From Candidatus Limnocylindrales bacterium (lineage in GTDB: Bacteria > Moduliflexota > Moduliflexia > Moduliflexales > JAUQPW01): 64,000 nucleotides of DNA. The position numbers and the translations under genes are program-made. This document shows, one piece after another, positions 29,827 through 40,684 of this stretch (positions are counted from its first letter, which is position 1; every line of letters begins with the position of its first letter). The notes beneath the pieces are model-generated. The model was not told the DNA's origin and made no database searches. It was given only the letters and a program-made list of their open reading frames with translations. The stretch spans positions 1 to 64,000 of the forward strand of contig DATMBG010000040.1 of the NCBI GenBank assembly GCA_035559535.1, read 5' to 3'.

Positions 29827-31227
29827 TTAGGGAGGGTTTTTATTAATCAAATCCTTTGTATTGGTGATTCTTTCGCCCCGTTCAAAAACCATTAAGATTT
29901 CACCCGGGCAGGGGATAACTTTCTTTTTTAGCCAGATATCCCGTTTATTTAACTCTTCCACCAGACGTTCCAATGCGATTTCCCTGAGATAAGGTACAGC
30001 AGATTCTGGGGGTATCCAAAAAGAATGGATTCTTTTGATAAGTTTCCAGGAAAGGCTTCCAAAAAGAGGTAGGCATAAAATCAAACGGCCTTTCGGTTTC
30101 AGGACTCGGGCTATTTCCCGAAGATGATCCTCCTGGGTCAATGCGTCTATATGTTCTAATACGTGGCAGCTTATGACCTGATCAAAGGATTCATTAGAAA
30201 AGGGAAGGAAACAGCCATCACCCTGGATAAGGCGTCTGCCTGGAGCGCGTTTATACCGTAATTTAGCCAGGTTCAGATCTATCCCTACGGAGTTCGGTAA
30301 TACATCGACCAAAAGGTCGGATCCACAGCCAAGATCTAAGATTTTGCCGAAATCGATACTATTTTTCAGGATACCCTCGAACCGTCGTCTGCGCCACCAT
30401 CTTTGAACGAGATTTCGACTAAAATAGGCCCTCTCTTCATGATCTGCAACTTCTGCTCGAATACGAAGTCTTCTAAGACTTGGAAGAAGTTTCAGGTAGC
30501 GAATTCCGAAGGCAAATATCCTTGCATGGCTCTGACCATGTTTCCTTGGTCGATAGCGGAAAGGGGCCTCAACGATACGATAACCCTGGATGTGGAATTT
30601 GACCAGGATTTCTTCAAGGATTTCATAACCACCAGATTCAAAGTTTAAGGACTTCAATGCCGAACGTTTATAAAGCCGGAATCCACTTGAAAGATCTTGA
30701 TAAGGCAGATCCAGATTAAATCGGAAAAACTTATTTAAAATCTTACTTAGAAAGGCCCGGAAGAAAGGGGCTTCTGTTCCACCGCCCCGGATAAAACGAG
30801 AACCGATCACCATCTCGGCCTGGGATACCTGTGCTACCGCAATCATGTCGGTGATAACCCCTGGATGGTGAGACAGATCCGCATCCATGGTGGCCAGGAA
30901 ATCTCCCTTAAATTGAGCAAAGCCAGCTTTCAACGCTTCACCATAACCGGGCAGCTCTTGTTTTATGACCCGACATCCTTCCATTCCCTTCACCTGTTCG
31001 GGAAGGAGATTTCTGGTAAATGTTTCAACTACTTCGCAGGTCCCATCTCTGGAGTTGCCATCAACAACAAGGATCTCATATCTGCAGCCTGATGCGCTGA
31101 GAGTCTCTACCAGACGAGGCAAAAGAAGCCGCATACTTTCCGCTTCATTGAGAGTTGGAAGAAGAACGCTCAAGAAAATCCTTCCTGAAGATTCAGAAGA
31201 TTCGGTCTTTGGGAGTCGGTCTGACAT
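29827..31227 (-). CDS. Polyprenyl-phosphate glycosyltransferase (GT2, DPM1-like) fused to a class I SAM methyltransferase
   Basis: LPTLNEA, VDGNSRDGT, MDADLSH, GSRF, DLSSGFRLY; C-terminal LDLGCGS, FDQVISCHVLEH, RVLKPKGRL. Confidence 0.88.
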   Translation of the reverse strand: MSDRLPKTESSESSGRIFLSVLLPTLNEAESMRLLLPRLVETLSASGCRYEILVVDGNSRDGTCEVVETFTRNLLPEQVKGMEGCRVIKQELPGYGEALKAGFAQFKGDFLATMDADLSHHPGVITDMIAVAQVSQAEMVIGSRFIRGGGTEAPFFRAFLSKILNKFFRFNLDLPYQDLSSGFRLYKRSALKSLNFESGGYEILEEILVKFHIQGYRIVEAPFRYRPRKHGQSHARIFAFGIRYLKLLPSLRRLRIRAEVADHEERAYFSRNLVQRWWRRRRFEGILKNSIDFGKILDLGCGSDLLVDVLPNSVGIDLNLAKLRYKRAPGRRLIQGDGCFLPFSNESFDQVISCHVLEHIDALTQEDHLREIARVLKPKGRLILCLPLFGSLSWKLIKRIHSFWIPPESAVPYLREIALERLVEELNKRDIWLKKKVIPCPGEILMVFERGERITNTKDLINKNPP

Positions 31228-31262
31228 AGGATCAGAGGTAAAGGTGAACGGCCCCAAAGATT

Positions 31263-31940
31263 TTAAGGTTTTTCCGCAACGGCTGCATAGAACACAAATA
31301 AATCATATTGGCTGAGAGAAATAGATAAAATCCGAAATCCGGCCCTTTCAAGCTCAGATTTGATATGCGACTTTGACCTTGCTTTATTAATCTCCTCCGG
31401 AAAAAAACGAAACCCAGGTCTATACAGCCTCCATAAGAACTCCAGACCATCCTTCAAGAGCATATACGGGGTAAACATCCCGGGCCAAAAAATAATCAAT
31501 TTACCTTTAGGCTTTAAAACCCGTAAAAATTCTTTAAAGATTGTTCCATTTTCCTGGGGGGAGAAATGTTCATGAACCCCTACATTCCAGATTCCATCCA
31601 CACATTGGTCTTTAAGAGCCAAATGTTTAATATCCGCAACCATACACATATAGGAATTCGGTTGATTTCTGGCAACTAATAACGGTTTTTGAACTAAATC
31701 AACCGCAATGAATCTTCGATTATACTTGTTAATAAACAAATCAGATTCTGCCGTTCCGGATCCTGCATGTAAATACACACCCTGGGGTGAAAAATGATGC
31801 TCAATAAACTTGCCGACCGACTTTGCAATGACTTTCCTCCTGATCATGCTAAGGAAGGACGATCTAACCCTTGCCACCGTATCCAGGTTACTCCAGTGTT
31901 GGCTCCACTTAATATGATCTTTAACACTCTGATCCATCAT
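31263..31940 (-). CDS. Class I SAM-dependent methyltransferase
   Basis: LHAGSGTA, VDGIWNVGVHEHF, RVLKPKGKL. Confidence 0.8.
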   Translation of the reverse strand: MMDQSVKDHIKWSQHWSNLDTVARVRSSFLSMIRRKVIAKSVGKFIEHHFSPQGVYLHAGSGTAESDLFINKYNRRFIAVDLVQKPLLVARNQPNSYMCMVADIKHLALKDQCVDGIWNVGVHEHFSPQENGTIFKEFLRVLKPKGKLIIFWPGMFTPYMLLKDGLEFLWRLYRPGFRFFPEEINKARSKSHIKSELERAGFRILSISLSQYDLFVFYAAVAEKP

Positions 31941-31995
31941 AGTAGTCGGTCAGAAGCCGGAAACTGAAAGTCGGGAATCAGAAGTGATCCTTTGG

Positions 31996-32706
31996 TTACT
32001 TTTTCAGTCCAAGCCACAAATAAAAGACCGGTCGTAGAATACTCCACCAACCGGTAATAGGCTTCATTTTGGTATAATCCAGTGGGTGAGGAGGATAGAT
32101 CTTGGTCACAGGAACTTCACAATGACGATAGCCCAGTTTGATTGCTTTATACATCAGGTAGGGTTCCAGCTCGTACTTATTTAACCACTCTTGTCTCCAA
32201 TTAATGCGGGAATCCTGTAAAATAAGCGTACGAAAGGCTCTGAACCCGTTGGTACTTTCGGTCACCCGTTTTCCAACGGCCAATGTAAACAGGAGAGGAT
32301 GAAGGTAACGGGTAGCAAATATTCGATATTCAGGCATATTCCCATAACCCCCTCCGGGTAGAAAACGAGAGCCCTGGACAAAATCGGCTTCATTGTTCAG
32401 GATAGGCTTCAAGAGACGTGGAATTTCAAGCGGATCATCTTTATCATTACCCGCCTGGATCACCAGGATATCGTAACCGTGCTTTAAGGTATATTCAAAG
32501 ACCTGCTTCATTGCCGCCCCGATTCCCTGATTGGTAGGATTACGCAATACAATGATATCATCCAGGGGCAATCCTTCTAAAGCCCCGTCCGTGGATCCAT
32601 CATCCATAACCAGCAGATCGTAGGAACGATCCCTGGGATGCCGGAGGAGAGTACGTCGGATTTTTTCACCCTCATTATAAGCAAAGGTCGCTGTTAAGAT
32701 CTTCAT
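31996..32706 (-). CDS. GT2 glycosyltransferase (polyprenyl-P transferase-like)
   Basis: Start moved to ATG 32706; AYNEGEK, MDDGSTD, AGNDKDDP, VQGSRF, TESTNGFRA. Confidence 0.88.
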   Translation of the reverse strand: MKILTATFAYNEGEKIRRTLLRHPRDRSYDLLVMDDGSTDGALEGLPLDDIIVLRNPTNQGIGAAMKQVFEYTLKHGYDILVIQAGNDKDDPLEIPRLLKPILNNEADFVQGSRFLPGGGYGNMPEYRIFATRYLHPLLFTLAVGKRVTESTNGFRAFRTLILQDSRINWRQEWLNKYELEPYLMYKAIKLGYRHCEVPVTKIYPPHPLDYTKMKPITGWWSILRPVFYLWLGLKK

Positions 32707-32773
32707 AATTTGTGGGTAACAGATCATGAATCCTGGGTCGCAAGCCCTTAAATCCCTGTCCACAGCCTGCGAC

Positions 32774-33475
32774 TCATCGGTCTGGTCTTTGAATCGGTCG
32801 TGGAAGAGGGGGTACGGTTTCCCATTCGGGACGGTGACGCACATCCAGACCGTCCTGATAAGGCTTTACAATACCAAAAGGACACTCCAGATCATCTACC
32901 CTCCCAACAGTTCTTGCAGGACTGCCGAGGACCACGGTACGTGGAGGTACATCCCGAGTTACCAGACTACCCGCACCCACCAACGCCTGTTCACCGATGG
33001 TGACATGGGGCATAAGGATCGCGTTTACACCAATCCGGGCACCTCGCTCAATGACAGGCCCTTGCATACATTTTGTACAAATGGGATGGGGATCATTGGC
33101 AATCATGACCCCAGGTGCGAGAAACACATCGTCTTCCAGGACCGTATACTGAGCTACATACACATTACAATGAATACGAACCCGATTTCCGAGAATACAG
33201 CCATAATCTACGGTAGAGTTGTTCCATATGGAACATTCATGACCTAACTTCGTCTGTTCACGTACAACCACATGGTGCCCTGTCTGGAAATGATCCCCAA
33301 TCTCAACCGAAGCATAAATCACCGTACCAGACCGGATCCGGGCTTCCTTTCCAATTCGTACCGGTTGGAGTTCGATCCTGCGTCCCGGGATATATCCCAA
33401 TATCACATCGGGATCCACCAGACAATCCTTACCTAATTCTACCGGTACCCGGCTCTCCAGGGAGTAATTAGCCAT
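32774..33475 (-). CDS. Hexapeptide-repeat (left-handed beta-helix) acyltransferase, WbpD-like
   Basis: Repeated [LIV]G/[LIV]E hexapeptides, ANDPHP, GAGSLVTRDVP, GSPAR. Confidence 0.85.
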   Translation of the reverse strand: MANYSLESRVPVELGKDCLVDPDVILGYIPGRRIELQPVRIGKEARIRSGTVIYASVEIGDHFQTGHHVVVREQTKLGHECSIWNNSTVDYGCILGNRVRIHCNVYVAQYTVLEDDVFLAPGVMIANDPHPICTKCMQGPVIERGARIGVNAILMPHVTIGEQALVGAGSLVTRDVPPRTVVLGSPARTVGRVDDLECPFGIVKPYQDGLDVRHRPEWETVPPLPRPIQRPDR

Positions 33476-33481
33476 AACACA

Positions 33482-34516
33482 TTAACCCTCGATCTTAATA
33501 GGTACCGCAAGACCCTGTTTTTGCAGGGATTTTTCAATTGCAACGAGGGTTTGAACAATTTTATATCCCAATCGACAATCTGAGAAAGGCTTCTTGTTCA
33601 TCGTAATGGCCGTAATAAAATCAATACATTGGTTCTTTAAGGGTTCACTGGGTTCTATCTTGGGGCTGATAATATCCCCATCCCGCACCAGCAGCTTAAA
33701 CTCGCCGTAGGATTCGGCAACCGATTCTCCTACCGAGACCCCTCTCTCGAAGATACGCACACGTTCCAGGTTGTTAAGATCGTCGAATATCACCCGTCGA
33801 CGACTCCCTACGGCCACTACTTCACGGACTTTATTGGGATCCGCCCAACTCACGTGGATATTGGCAATCACATCATGGGCATAACCCAGGGTAATAAAGG
33901 CGATATCCTCACGCATAGAGTTTAGCATGCGGGTACCTACAGCACTGGCCCACTGAGGTTGCTGATCTAGAAGATAATTAAAAATAGATATATCATGGGG
34001 GGCCAGATCCCAAACCGCATTCACATCCTGACGGATGGGTCCCAAATTAGTACGGGTTGCATGAAGGTAGTAGATGCGTCCAAAATCCCGTGGACTCATA
34101 CATTCCTTCATTTTGCGGATCCCCGCATTGTAGAGAAACGTATAGCCCACCATCAAGATGCACCCGGTTCGTTCCGATAAATCACAGAGTTTCTCCGCAT
34201 GCTTTAAAGTCAACGCCATCGGTTTCTCTACCAAGACATGCCGACCCGTTTTTAATGCAACCTGAGCAAGCTCGAAATGGGTAGAAGCCGGAGTAGAAAT
34301 AATAACAGCATCTATATCTTTCCTGCGTAGGATCTCCTTTACATCCGTATAACCCTCAATGTGAGGATAACGACCCAAGGCTTGCTGGAGTTTACCTGGA
34401 TTGACCTCGCAAACGGCCACTAACCTGGTTTCAGGTAATTCATGGAGGACCCGTGCATAATTGGGACCCCAATATCCATAACCAATAAGTGCCACCCGAA
34501 CAGATAAATCGGCCAT
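33482..34516 (-). CDS. Gfo/Idh/MocA oxidoreductase (nucleotide-sugar dehydrogenase, WbpB-like)
   Basis: IGYGYWGPN, TPASTH, VEKP, WDLAPHDIS, HVSWADPNKVR. Confidence 0.9.
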   Translation of the reverse strand: MADLSVRVALIGYGYWGPNYARVLHELPETRLVAVCEVNPGKLQQALGRYPHIEGYTDVKEILRRKDIDAVIISTPASTHFELAQVALKTGRHVLVEKPMALTLKHAEKLCDLSERTGCILMVGYTFLYNAGIRKMKECMSPRDFGRIYYLHATRTNLGPIRQDVNAVWDLAPHDISIFNYLLDQQPQWASAVGTRMLNSMREDIAFITLGYAHDVIANIHVSWADPNKVREVVAVGSRRRVIFDDLNNLERVRIFERGVSVGESVAESYGEFKLLVRDGDIISPKIEPSEPLKNQCIDFITAITMNKKPFSDCRLGYKIVQTLVAIEKSLQKQGLAVPIKIEG

Positions 34517-34584
34517 ATTTTTTAAGATAGATCCCTGGGTTGATCCCCCATTTGGATCTGATCTTGCATATAAGATTAGGGAAT

Positions 34585-35343
34585 ATGTTATATATCGTCT
34601 TACCAGCTTATAATGAAGAAGAAGGTCTAGAAAAGCTTTTAGAACGTATCCGTCGTATTGCTCAGGCTTTTTCCCTGGATTATCAACTCCTGGTTATTAA
34701 CGATGGGAGTACCGATCATACTTCCCTGGTAGTAGAATCTTTCGCAAAGGTTATGCCAATCGAGCTGATTAACTTCGAAACAAATCGAGGCATCACCCAG
34801 GTTTTCCGAACAGCCTTAAAGAGGATTTGTGAGTTAGGCCAGGAAAATGATATTTGTATTACCATGGATTCGGATAATACCCAAAATCCTTATGTCATCC
34901 TGGATATTCTTAAGAAGCTTGAAGAGCCTTTGGATATCGTCATTGCCTCCCGATTTGAACCGGGTGGGAAAATGGTCAAAGCTCCCTGGTTACGTAAATT
35001 GCTCAGTTTAGGAGTTGCCTGGCTGCTAAAACGTCTGATTCCTATTCCGGGAGTCCAGGATTATTCTACCTTTTATCGCGGCTATAGAGTAGGCCTCCTG
35101 AAAAAGGGCTTCGCCCGTTATGGAGAAGCCCTCATAGAAGGATATGGATTTTCCGGGATGGCAGATCTGTTGATCAAGCTAAGTACGCTCACCCCTCGGA
35201 TTGGAGAAGTTCCCCTCATCCTCCGATACGATTTAAAAGAAGGTGGGTCCGGGATGAGAATCCTTCGGACCATATGGGGATATTTAGATCTTATTCAAAG
35301 GCATAAAACCTACCGATTGAGAAGTAAAGATGGAATCCTCTAA
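34585..35343 (+). CDS. GT2 polyprenyl-phosphate glycosyltransferase (DPM1-like)
   Basis: Start moved to ATG 34585; LPAYNEE, NDGSTD, TMDSDNT, IASRF, DYSTFYRGY, LRYDLK. Confidence 0.88.
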   Translation: MLYIVLPAYNEEEGLEKLLERIRRIAQAFSLDYQLLVINDGSTDHTSLVVESFAKVMPIELINFETNRGITQVFRTALKRICELGQENDICITMDSDNTQNPYVILDILKKLEEPLDIVIASRFEPGGKMVKAPWLRKLLSLGVAWLLKRLIPIPGVQDYSTFYRGYRVGLLKKGFARYGEALIEGYGFSGMADLLIKLSTLTPRIGEVPLILRYDLKEGGSGMRILRTIWGYLDLIQRHKTYRLRSKDGIL

Positions 35344-37830
35344 AGGCCAGATACCAGAAACCGGAAGTCGAGAATCAAAGCCTGGAGATCAAGAGTCAGA
35401 AGTCATTCGCGATTCTACTCATAGGATTCGGATCCCAGAATTGGGAATATTCGCCCTTTTCCTGGTTTCCATCTTTGGACGGGTTTTATTCGCCAACCAA
35501 ATCTTTGCCCTGCGGGATATCGCAGTTTTTGTATTTCCCCTTAAACACTTTGTTTTGGAACAGATGCAAAGGGGCATCCTCCCCCTGTGGAACCCTTATG
35601 TGGGATGTGGAACTCCTTTTCAGGCTGAGATTCAATCCCACGTACTTTACCCCCTCAGCCTGATCTTCTTTCTCTTCCCCTTGAGATTGGCTTTTAATCT
35701 TTTTATCATTATCCATTTCCTTCTGGCCGGACTTTTTATGTATCGGATGATGAGGGAATTTCAATATAACAGCGGGAGCGCCCTCCTGTCGGCCCTTACG
35801 TTTATGTTTTCAGGATATCTGGTCTCCCTGATCGATCTCACCAATAACCTGGCCTCATTAATCTGGATGCCGCTCATTCTACTTTTTACCCGAAGGTTTA
35901 TAAGCCATGAAAAAGCCAGGACAAAAAATGCGATCTGGCTGGGTATCTTTCTCGGAATTCAGTTCTTAGGTGGAGAACCCCAATACGTCTTAATGACCCT
36001 GGGAGTCAGCCTGGCCTGGATAGGCTATGAAATTATTTTTAAAAATATACCCATAAAGAAATCTACCCGGAACCTGAAGGAAATCGATCCAGGAGTTTCA
36101 ATCTGGTCCAGGATCGGTATATCCAAGGGCTTGAGGCTCCTGGGAGATATAGGAATCGCAGGACTGGTTTTTATGGGAGTGACGGCCTTTCAACTACTCC
36201 CTTTTCTGGAATACATCCGCTATTCTACCCGGGCCCAGGGATTTAGTTATACCGTAGCTACCAAATGGTCTTTACCTCCCTGGCAATTGCTTCAACTGAT
36301 TCTTCCCCGTTTCTTTGAATTTTATTACGGATATTTCTGGGGCTATATTCAGACCTGGGTACCGGATATTTATATGGGAATCGTACCCATCTTTCTTATT
36401 TACTACGGCTTACGATCTTCTCTAAAGGAAAAAACGGTAGGGACTTTTTTTGCCATCTCACTAACCATTTTTGTCCTACTTTCTTTGGGAAATTATTTTC
36501 CCGCTTATCCCCTTTTTTATCACTATCTAAAGTTTGATACCATCCGATATCCCGTTCGCTTCTTTGCACCTGCAGTTTTTTTTTATCCTTTTTTGTTGGG
36601 GAAGGACTCCGGATTTTCCTTTCCCGACAGCCTGTACCTAAAAAAAGCTATCTGAGTCTTTTCCTGATAGCCATCTTTTTAAGCCTTCTGGGTTCCCTTT
36701 CTCCTTTTATTATTCCCCTCCTTCCGAAAAAAGTTCCCCATCAGGTTTATTTTTCATTTCTGAAATCGGCCATACTCTTCTTCCTCCTTGGACTTTTAAC
36801 TTACGGATTTCAGCGGAACTCTTTAATATCTAAAAAAGTTTTCCAGTTAGGACTTCTGACTTTGTTTTTTTTAGATCGGAGCTTAATGAATCCTCCCCAA
36901 TTCCTTACAGCGAATTATGATTTCTTTGTTCAAGAAATTCCTCTTATCCACAATCTCAAATCTAAATTAAAGCAAGAGGGGTTCTTCCGATTTTTTGTAG
37001 AAGACACCTCAAGCATCCAGTCTTACATTTTGGATCCAAGAAACACTCTGGAAACCCAACTCGCCCGACAAAAACATTTTCTGCTCAGTCACCTTACCTA
37101 CCGGATTCCTTCTATTCGGGGATCCGGAGTCATGGACCTTGAGAAACTCGATCGTATGGTTACAGAACTGGAAGTGAGTAAAGATTCCAAACTCCTCAGT
37201 CTTTTGGGGGGACGATATGTCCTAACTCTGAGAACCGACCGAGGAACGTCCGAGCCGCAGGTCTATGAAAATCGTTTCTATTTACCTAGATTGGTATTTA
37301 TAAGGCAGATCAAGGTTTTCCAGACCGAGTCCGACCTGTTCAACTGGATGCTTAAAAATTCCTACGAACCCCAAAAGCTGGCCCTGGTTTTGAAACCCGT
37401 TGGGAAAGCAGGAAGTACCGGATTCGAAATGTGGCCTGAGCTTCAAACTTCAGATCTCGAAAATCTGATCGTTTCCGGGGTAAATAGCCGGCACCCATCG
37501 GCTGTAGATTACCGGAAACCCCAGATACAAATCACCCAAGAAACGGTTAACAGGCTCTCTGCCCACATTGAAACCCCCACCTCTGGACTACTTTTATTGA
37601 ACGATACGTTCTTTCCGGGATGGAGGGCCCGGGTTAATCAAATTCCCGAAGAGCTACTAGAAGTTAACTACCTCTTCAAAGGAATTCTATTAACCCCCGG
37701 TCGCTATGAGGTTACTTTTTCCTATGAACCATTTTCTTATAAGTTGGGTGTTTTTATAACCTTGTGGACCTTTATGATGTTAATCGGTTGGAGGATATAT
37801 GGGCCTCTCCGTAGCAAGATTCATCCATAA
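35330..37830 (+). pseudogene. YfhO-family GT-C glycosyltransferase, paralog 3, split by a 1-nt frameshift in a T9 tract (36576-36584)
   Basis: N-half PLWNPYVGCGTPF and C-half DTFFPGWRARVN...FSYEP; adding one T gives ...VFFLSFFVGEGLR... open into 36862-37830, an 833-aa product. Confidence 0.85.
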
Positions 37831-39472
37831 ACGATTTCCAGGGATTTCGATAGCTTTTCTTCTTGTCTGTCTTTTTCTGCAAGCGGTACTTAGCATGCGG
37901 TTACTTAACGCTTCCAGTGATGAAACGACCCACCTTCCCAGCGGCTATACCTATCTTAAAACCGGACAGTTACGCCTCAATTTACAACACCCACCTCTTA
38001 TTAAACTACTTTGTGGAATTCCCCTGCTCTTTTTGAATCCCCTCTTAAATCTGGAAGATCCTGCCTGGAAAAGCGATCCTCCCGACGAGTGGCGCTTCGG
38101 TTTTTATTTCCTTTACATGTATGGAAACGACGCGGATAAACTACTTTTTTGGGGACGCTTACCGGTAGTTTTCCTCTCCCTTCTCTTAGGGATTTATGTG
38201 TATCAATGGGCCTACGAGCTTTTCGGAACCCTCGCAGGAGTGATGGCCCTCTTCCTTTATGCTTTCTGCCCCAATATCCTTGCCCATTCACGTCTTGTTA
38301 CCATGGATTTGGGCTTGAGTTGCTTTTTCTTCATGACCCTCTACTACCTTTGGAAGTTTGTGCGAGAAGGCCGAAAGAGGAATCTTATAGCTACCGGGAT
38401 AAGCCTGGGTCTGGCCCTTGCGACAAAATTTTCTGCGATGATCCTCCTTCCTCTTCTAATTCTGCTACTAGTCCTGTCGGCACTATGGTCTCCCGAAGAT
38501 AGAACCCTATCTAAAGGGCAAAAAGTTAAAGAAAAAACGGGGGCTACTCTTATGCTCTCTAGGGTCTTGCGGTCTAAGAATTTTTACCCCCGGCTAAAGC
38601 ATTTCACCCTGGCTTACCCGATCATACTGGTTATGGCCAGCCTGGTTCTTTATGTCGTTTATTTTTTTCCCCACGATCCACTTTTTTATGTGAAAGGCAT
38701 GATGCGTGTGAACGCAGATCATAATCCCGATTATCCTGCCTACTTGATGGGTCACTTTAAAAAAGGGGGTTGGTGGTATTACTTTCTCCTGGCATTTTTA
38801 TTTAAGACTCCGATACCGACTTTGATCCTACTCGTCCTTACTCTTATCCTGATCAGGCAGTATCCTGCTAAGGATTGGATAGACGATGCTTTCTTAGTTC
38901 TACCCATTGTCATCTTCATGGCTTTTACCTGTGCTTTTGCCCATAATCTTGGAATCCGATACATTTTGCCCATCTACCCTTTGATATTCGTTTTTGTCAG
39001 TCGGCTGATCGATTTTTTCCTTCACCATCGACTCCGGGGATACTTTGTTGGGTTCCTGCTGGGTCTCTGGTACCTGATAGCTACCGTGAGTATATATCCA
39101 GATTATCTGGCTTATTTTAATGAGCTGGTCGGGGGACCTGCTCGAGGCTATAAATATCTCGATGATTCGAACCTTGAATGGGGTCAGGATCTGAAGCGAT
39201 TAAAAAGTTATCTGGATCAACACCATATTTCCAAAATCAAGCTACTTTATAGCTGGAACGCCTCCCCCGATTATTACGGAATCCAATGGGAACGCCTCAG
39301 CAAGGAGGACTGGCAAGAAAAACCCTCTCCCGGCATCTATGCCCTCAACACCCATGCCCTCATCCGGGGCGAATTCTTTGCTAAGACTCAAGGGGTACAT
39401 ACCAATTGGCTAAGCCGTTATAAGCCCATAGACAGAGTCGGTTACGGCTTTTATATTTTTAAATTCGACTAA
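37799..39472 (+). CDS. GT-C (PMT/ArnT-like) membrane glycosyltransferase
   Basis: SDETTHLPSGY, QHPPLIK, PNILAHSRLVTMD, LATKFSA, GIRYILP, YLAYFNELVGG, DSNLEWGQ. Confidence 0.88.
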   Translation: MGLSVARFIHKRFPGISIAFLLVCLFLQAVLSMRLLNASSDETTHLPSGYTYLKTGQLRLNLQHPPLIKLLCGIPLLFLNPLLNLEDPAWKSDPPDEWRFGFYFLYMYGNDADKLLFWGRLPVVFLSLLLGIYVYQWAYELFGTLAGVMALFLYAFCPNILAHSRLVTMDLGLSCFFFMTLYYLWKFVREGRKRNLIATGISLGLALATKFSAMILLPLLILLLVLSALWSPEDRTLSKGQKVKEKTGATLMLSRVLRSKNFYPRLKHFTLAYPIILVMASLVLYVVYFFPHDPLFYVKGMMRVNADHNPDYPAYLMGHFKKGGWWYYFLLAFLFKTPIPTLILLVLTLILIRQYPAKDWIDDAFLVLPIVIFMAFTCAFAHNLGIRYILPIYPLIFVFVSRLIDFFLHHRLRGYFVGFLLGLWYLIATVSIYPDYLAYFNELVGGPARGYKYLDDSNLEWGQDLKRLKSYLDQHHISKIKLLYSWNASPDYYGIQWERLSKEDWQEKPSPGIYALNTHALIRGEFFAKTQGVHTNWLSRYKPIDRVGYGFYIFKFD

Positions 39473-39661
39473 AATCCTCCCAAGGTCCTGGCATGGATGT
39501 TGAAACATTTTATTCCTGTTCTTATTCCTGTTCAAGATTTTCAAGATTATTTTATCCTTTATGACAAACCGGAGGGGCTTCCTACGAGGAGGGATGGCCC
39601 TTTACGAAGTAATCCTCAAAACCATCAACCCTTTAACCAATAACAACGAACCGTTAACAGA

Positions 39662-40684
39662 ATGTTCACCGCTCGTTGTTCTCAACACCAGGTGATCCTT
39701 AAAGAGCCAACTGTTTTAGTAACGGGTGGAGCAGGTGCCATTGGAAGTCATCTTGTAAAGCAATTAATTGAAAATAACTGTACCGTGGTTGTGTTAGACG
39801 ATCTATCTTCGGGAAGGAGGGAAAATTGTCCCAACGACGCCCGGGTTATTTTCGTGAAGGGCTCTATTTTAGATATAAATCTTTTAGAGCAAATATTTAC
39901 AAAATATCCTATAGAACTTGTTTTTCATATGGCTGCACATTTTGCCAATCAAAATTCTGTGGAGCACCCGGAAGCAGATCTCCTCACCAATACCCTGGGA
40001 ACCTTACGCCTTTTGGAATTCTCCCGGAGAGCTTCTGTAAACCGTTTTGTATATGCTTCTTCTTCATGTATTTATGGAAACTCCACCGGCTTAATCAGTG
40101 CAGATTTTATCACAAAGTTAGAAACACCCTACGCCATTTCTAAGTTGAGTGGAGAGGGCTACGTCCACTTTTATCATCACTTCCATAAATTGAAAACCAC
40201 CGTGGTTCGATACTTTAATTCCTACGGTCCCTATGACCGACCGGGTCCCTATCGAAGTGTAATTCCAAATTTTATATGGCGGGCTATGAACCGACAACCT
40301 TTGATTATAACCGGAACCGGTAAGGAAACCCGAGACTTCACCTATGTGGAAGATATCGTGCACGGAACCCTTTTAGCTGCCACGCAAGAGAGTGGAATCG
40401 GTCAGATTTTTGATATTGGAACGGGGATTGAGACGGAAATTATCCAGCTGGCCGAAAAAATCAACCAGATCACCGGAAATCCGGCCGGTATCCAATATCG
40501 CGAACGGCGTAAATGGGATGATATAACCCGACGAAAAGCTAATATTGAAAAAGCTCAAAAACTTTTAAATTATAAACCCCAGGTCAGTCTGGAAGAAGGG
40601 CTTAAAAGGACGTATCAATGGTTACAAAACGAGAGTCTTTCCTATACCTATCCAGGAAGAGAATCCTGCATTCCTATGTTTTGA
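39662..40684 (+). CDS. NAD-dependent nucleotide-sugar epimerase/dehydratase
   Basis: VTGGAGAIG, DDLSSG, YASSS, YAISK, RYFNSYGP, TRDFTYVED. Confidence 0.92.
   Translation: MFTARCSQHQVILKEPTVLVTGGAGAIGSHLVKQLIENNCTVVVLDDLSSGRRENCPNDARVIFVKGSILDINLLEQIFTKYPIELVFHMAAHFANQNSVEHPEADLLTNTLGTLRLLEFSRRASVNRFVYASSSCIYGNSTGLISADFITKLETPYAISKLSGEGYVHFYHHFHKLKTTVVRYFNSYGPYDRPGPYRSVIPNFIWRAMNRQPLIITGTGKETRDFTYVEDIVHGTLLAATQESGIGQIFDIGTGIETEIIQLAEKINQITGNPAGIQYRERRKWDDITRRKANIEKAQKLLNYKPQVSLEEGLKRTYQWLQNESLSYTYPGRESCIPMF

Noticed and set aside
29735-34584. Minus-strand block as an invertible segment
   Set aside because: No flanking inverted repeats or recombinase seen.
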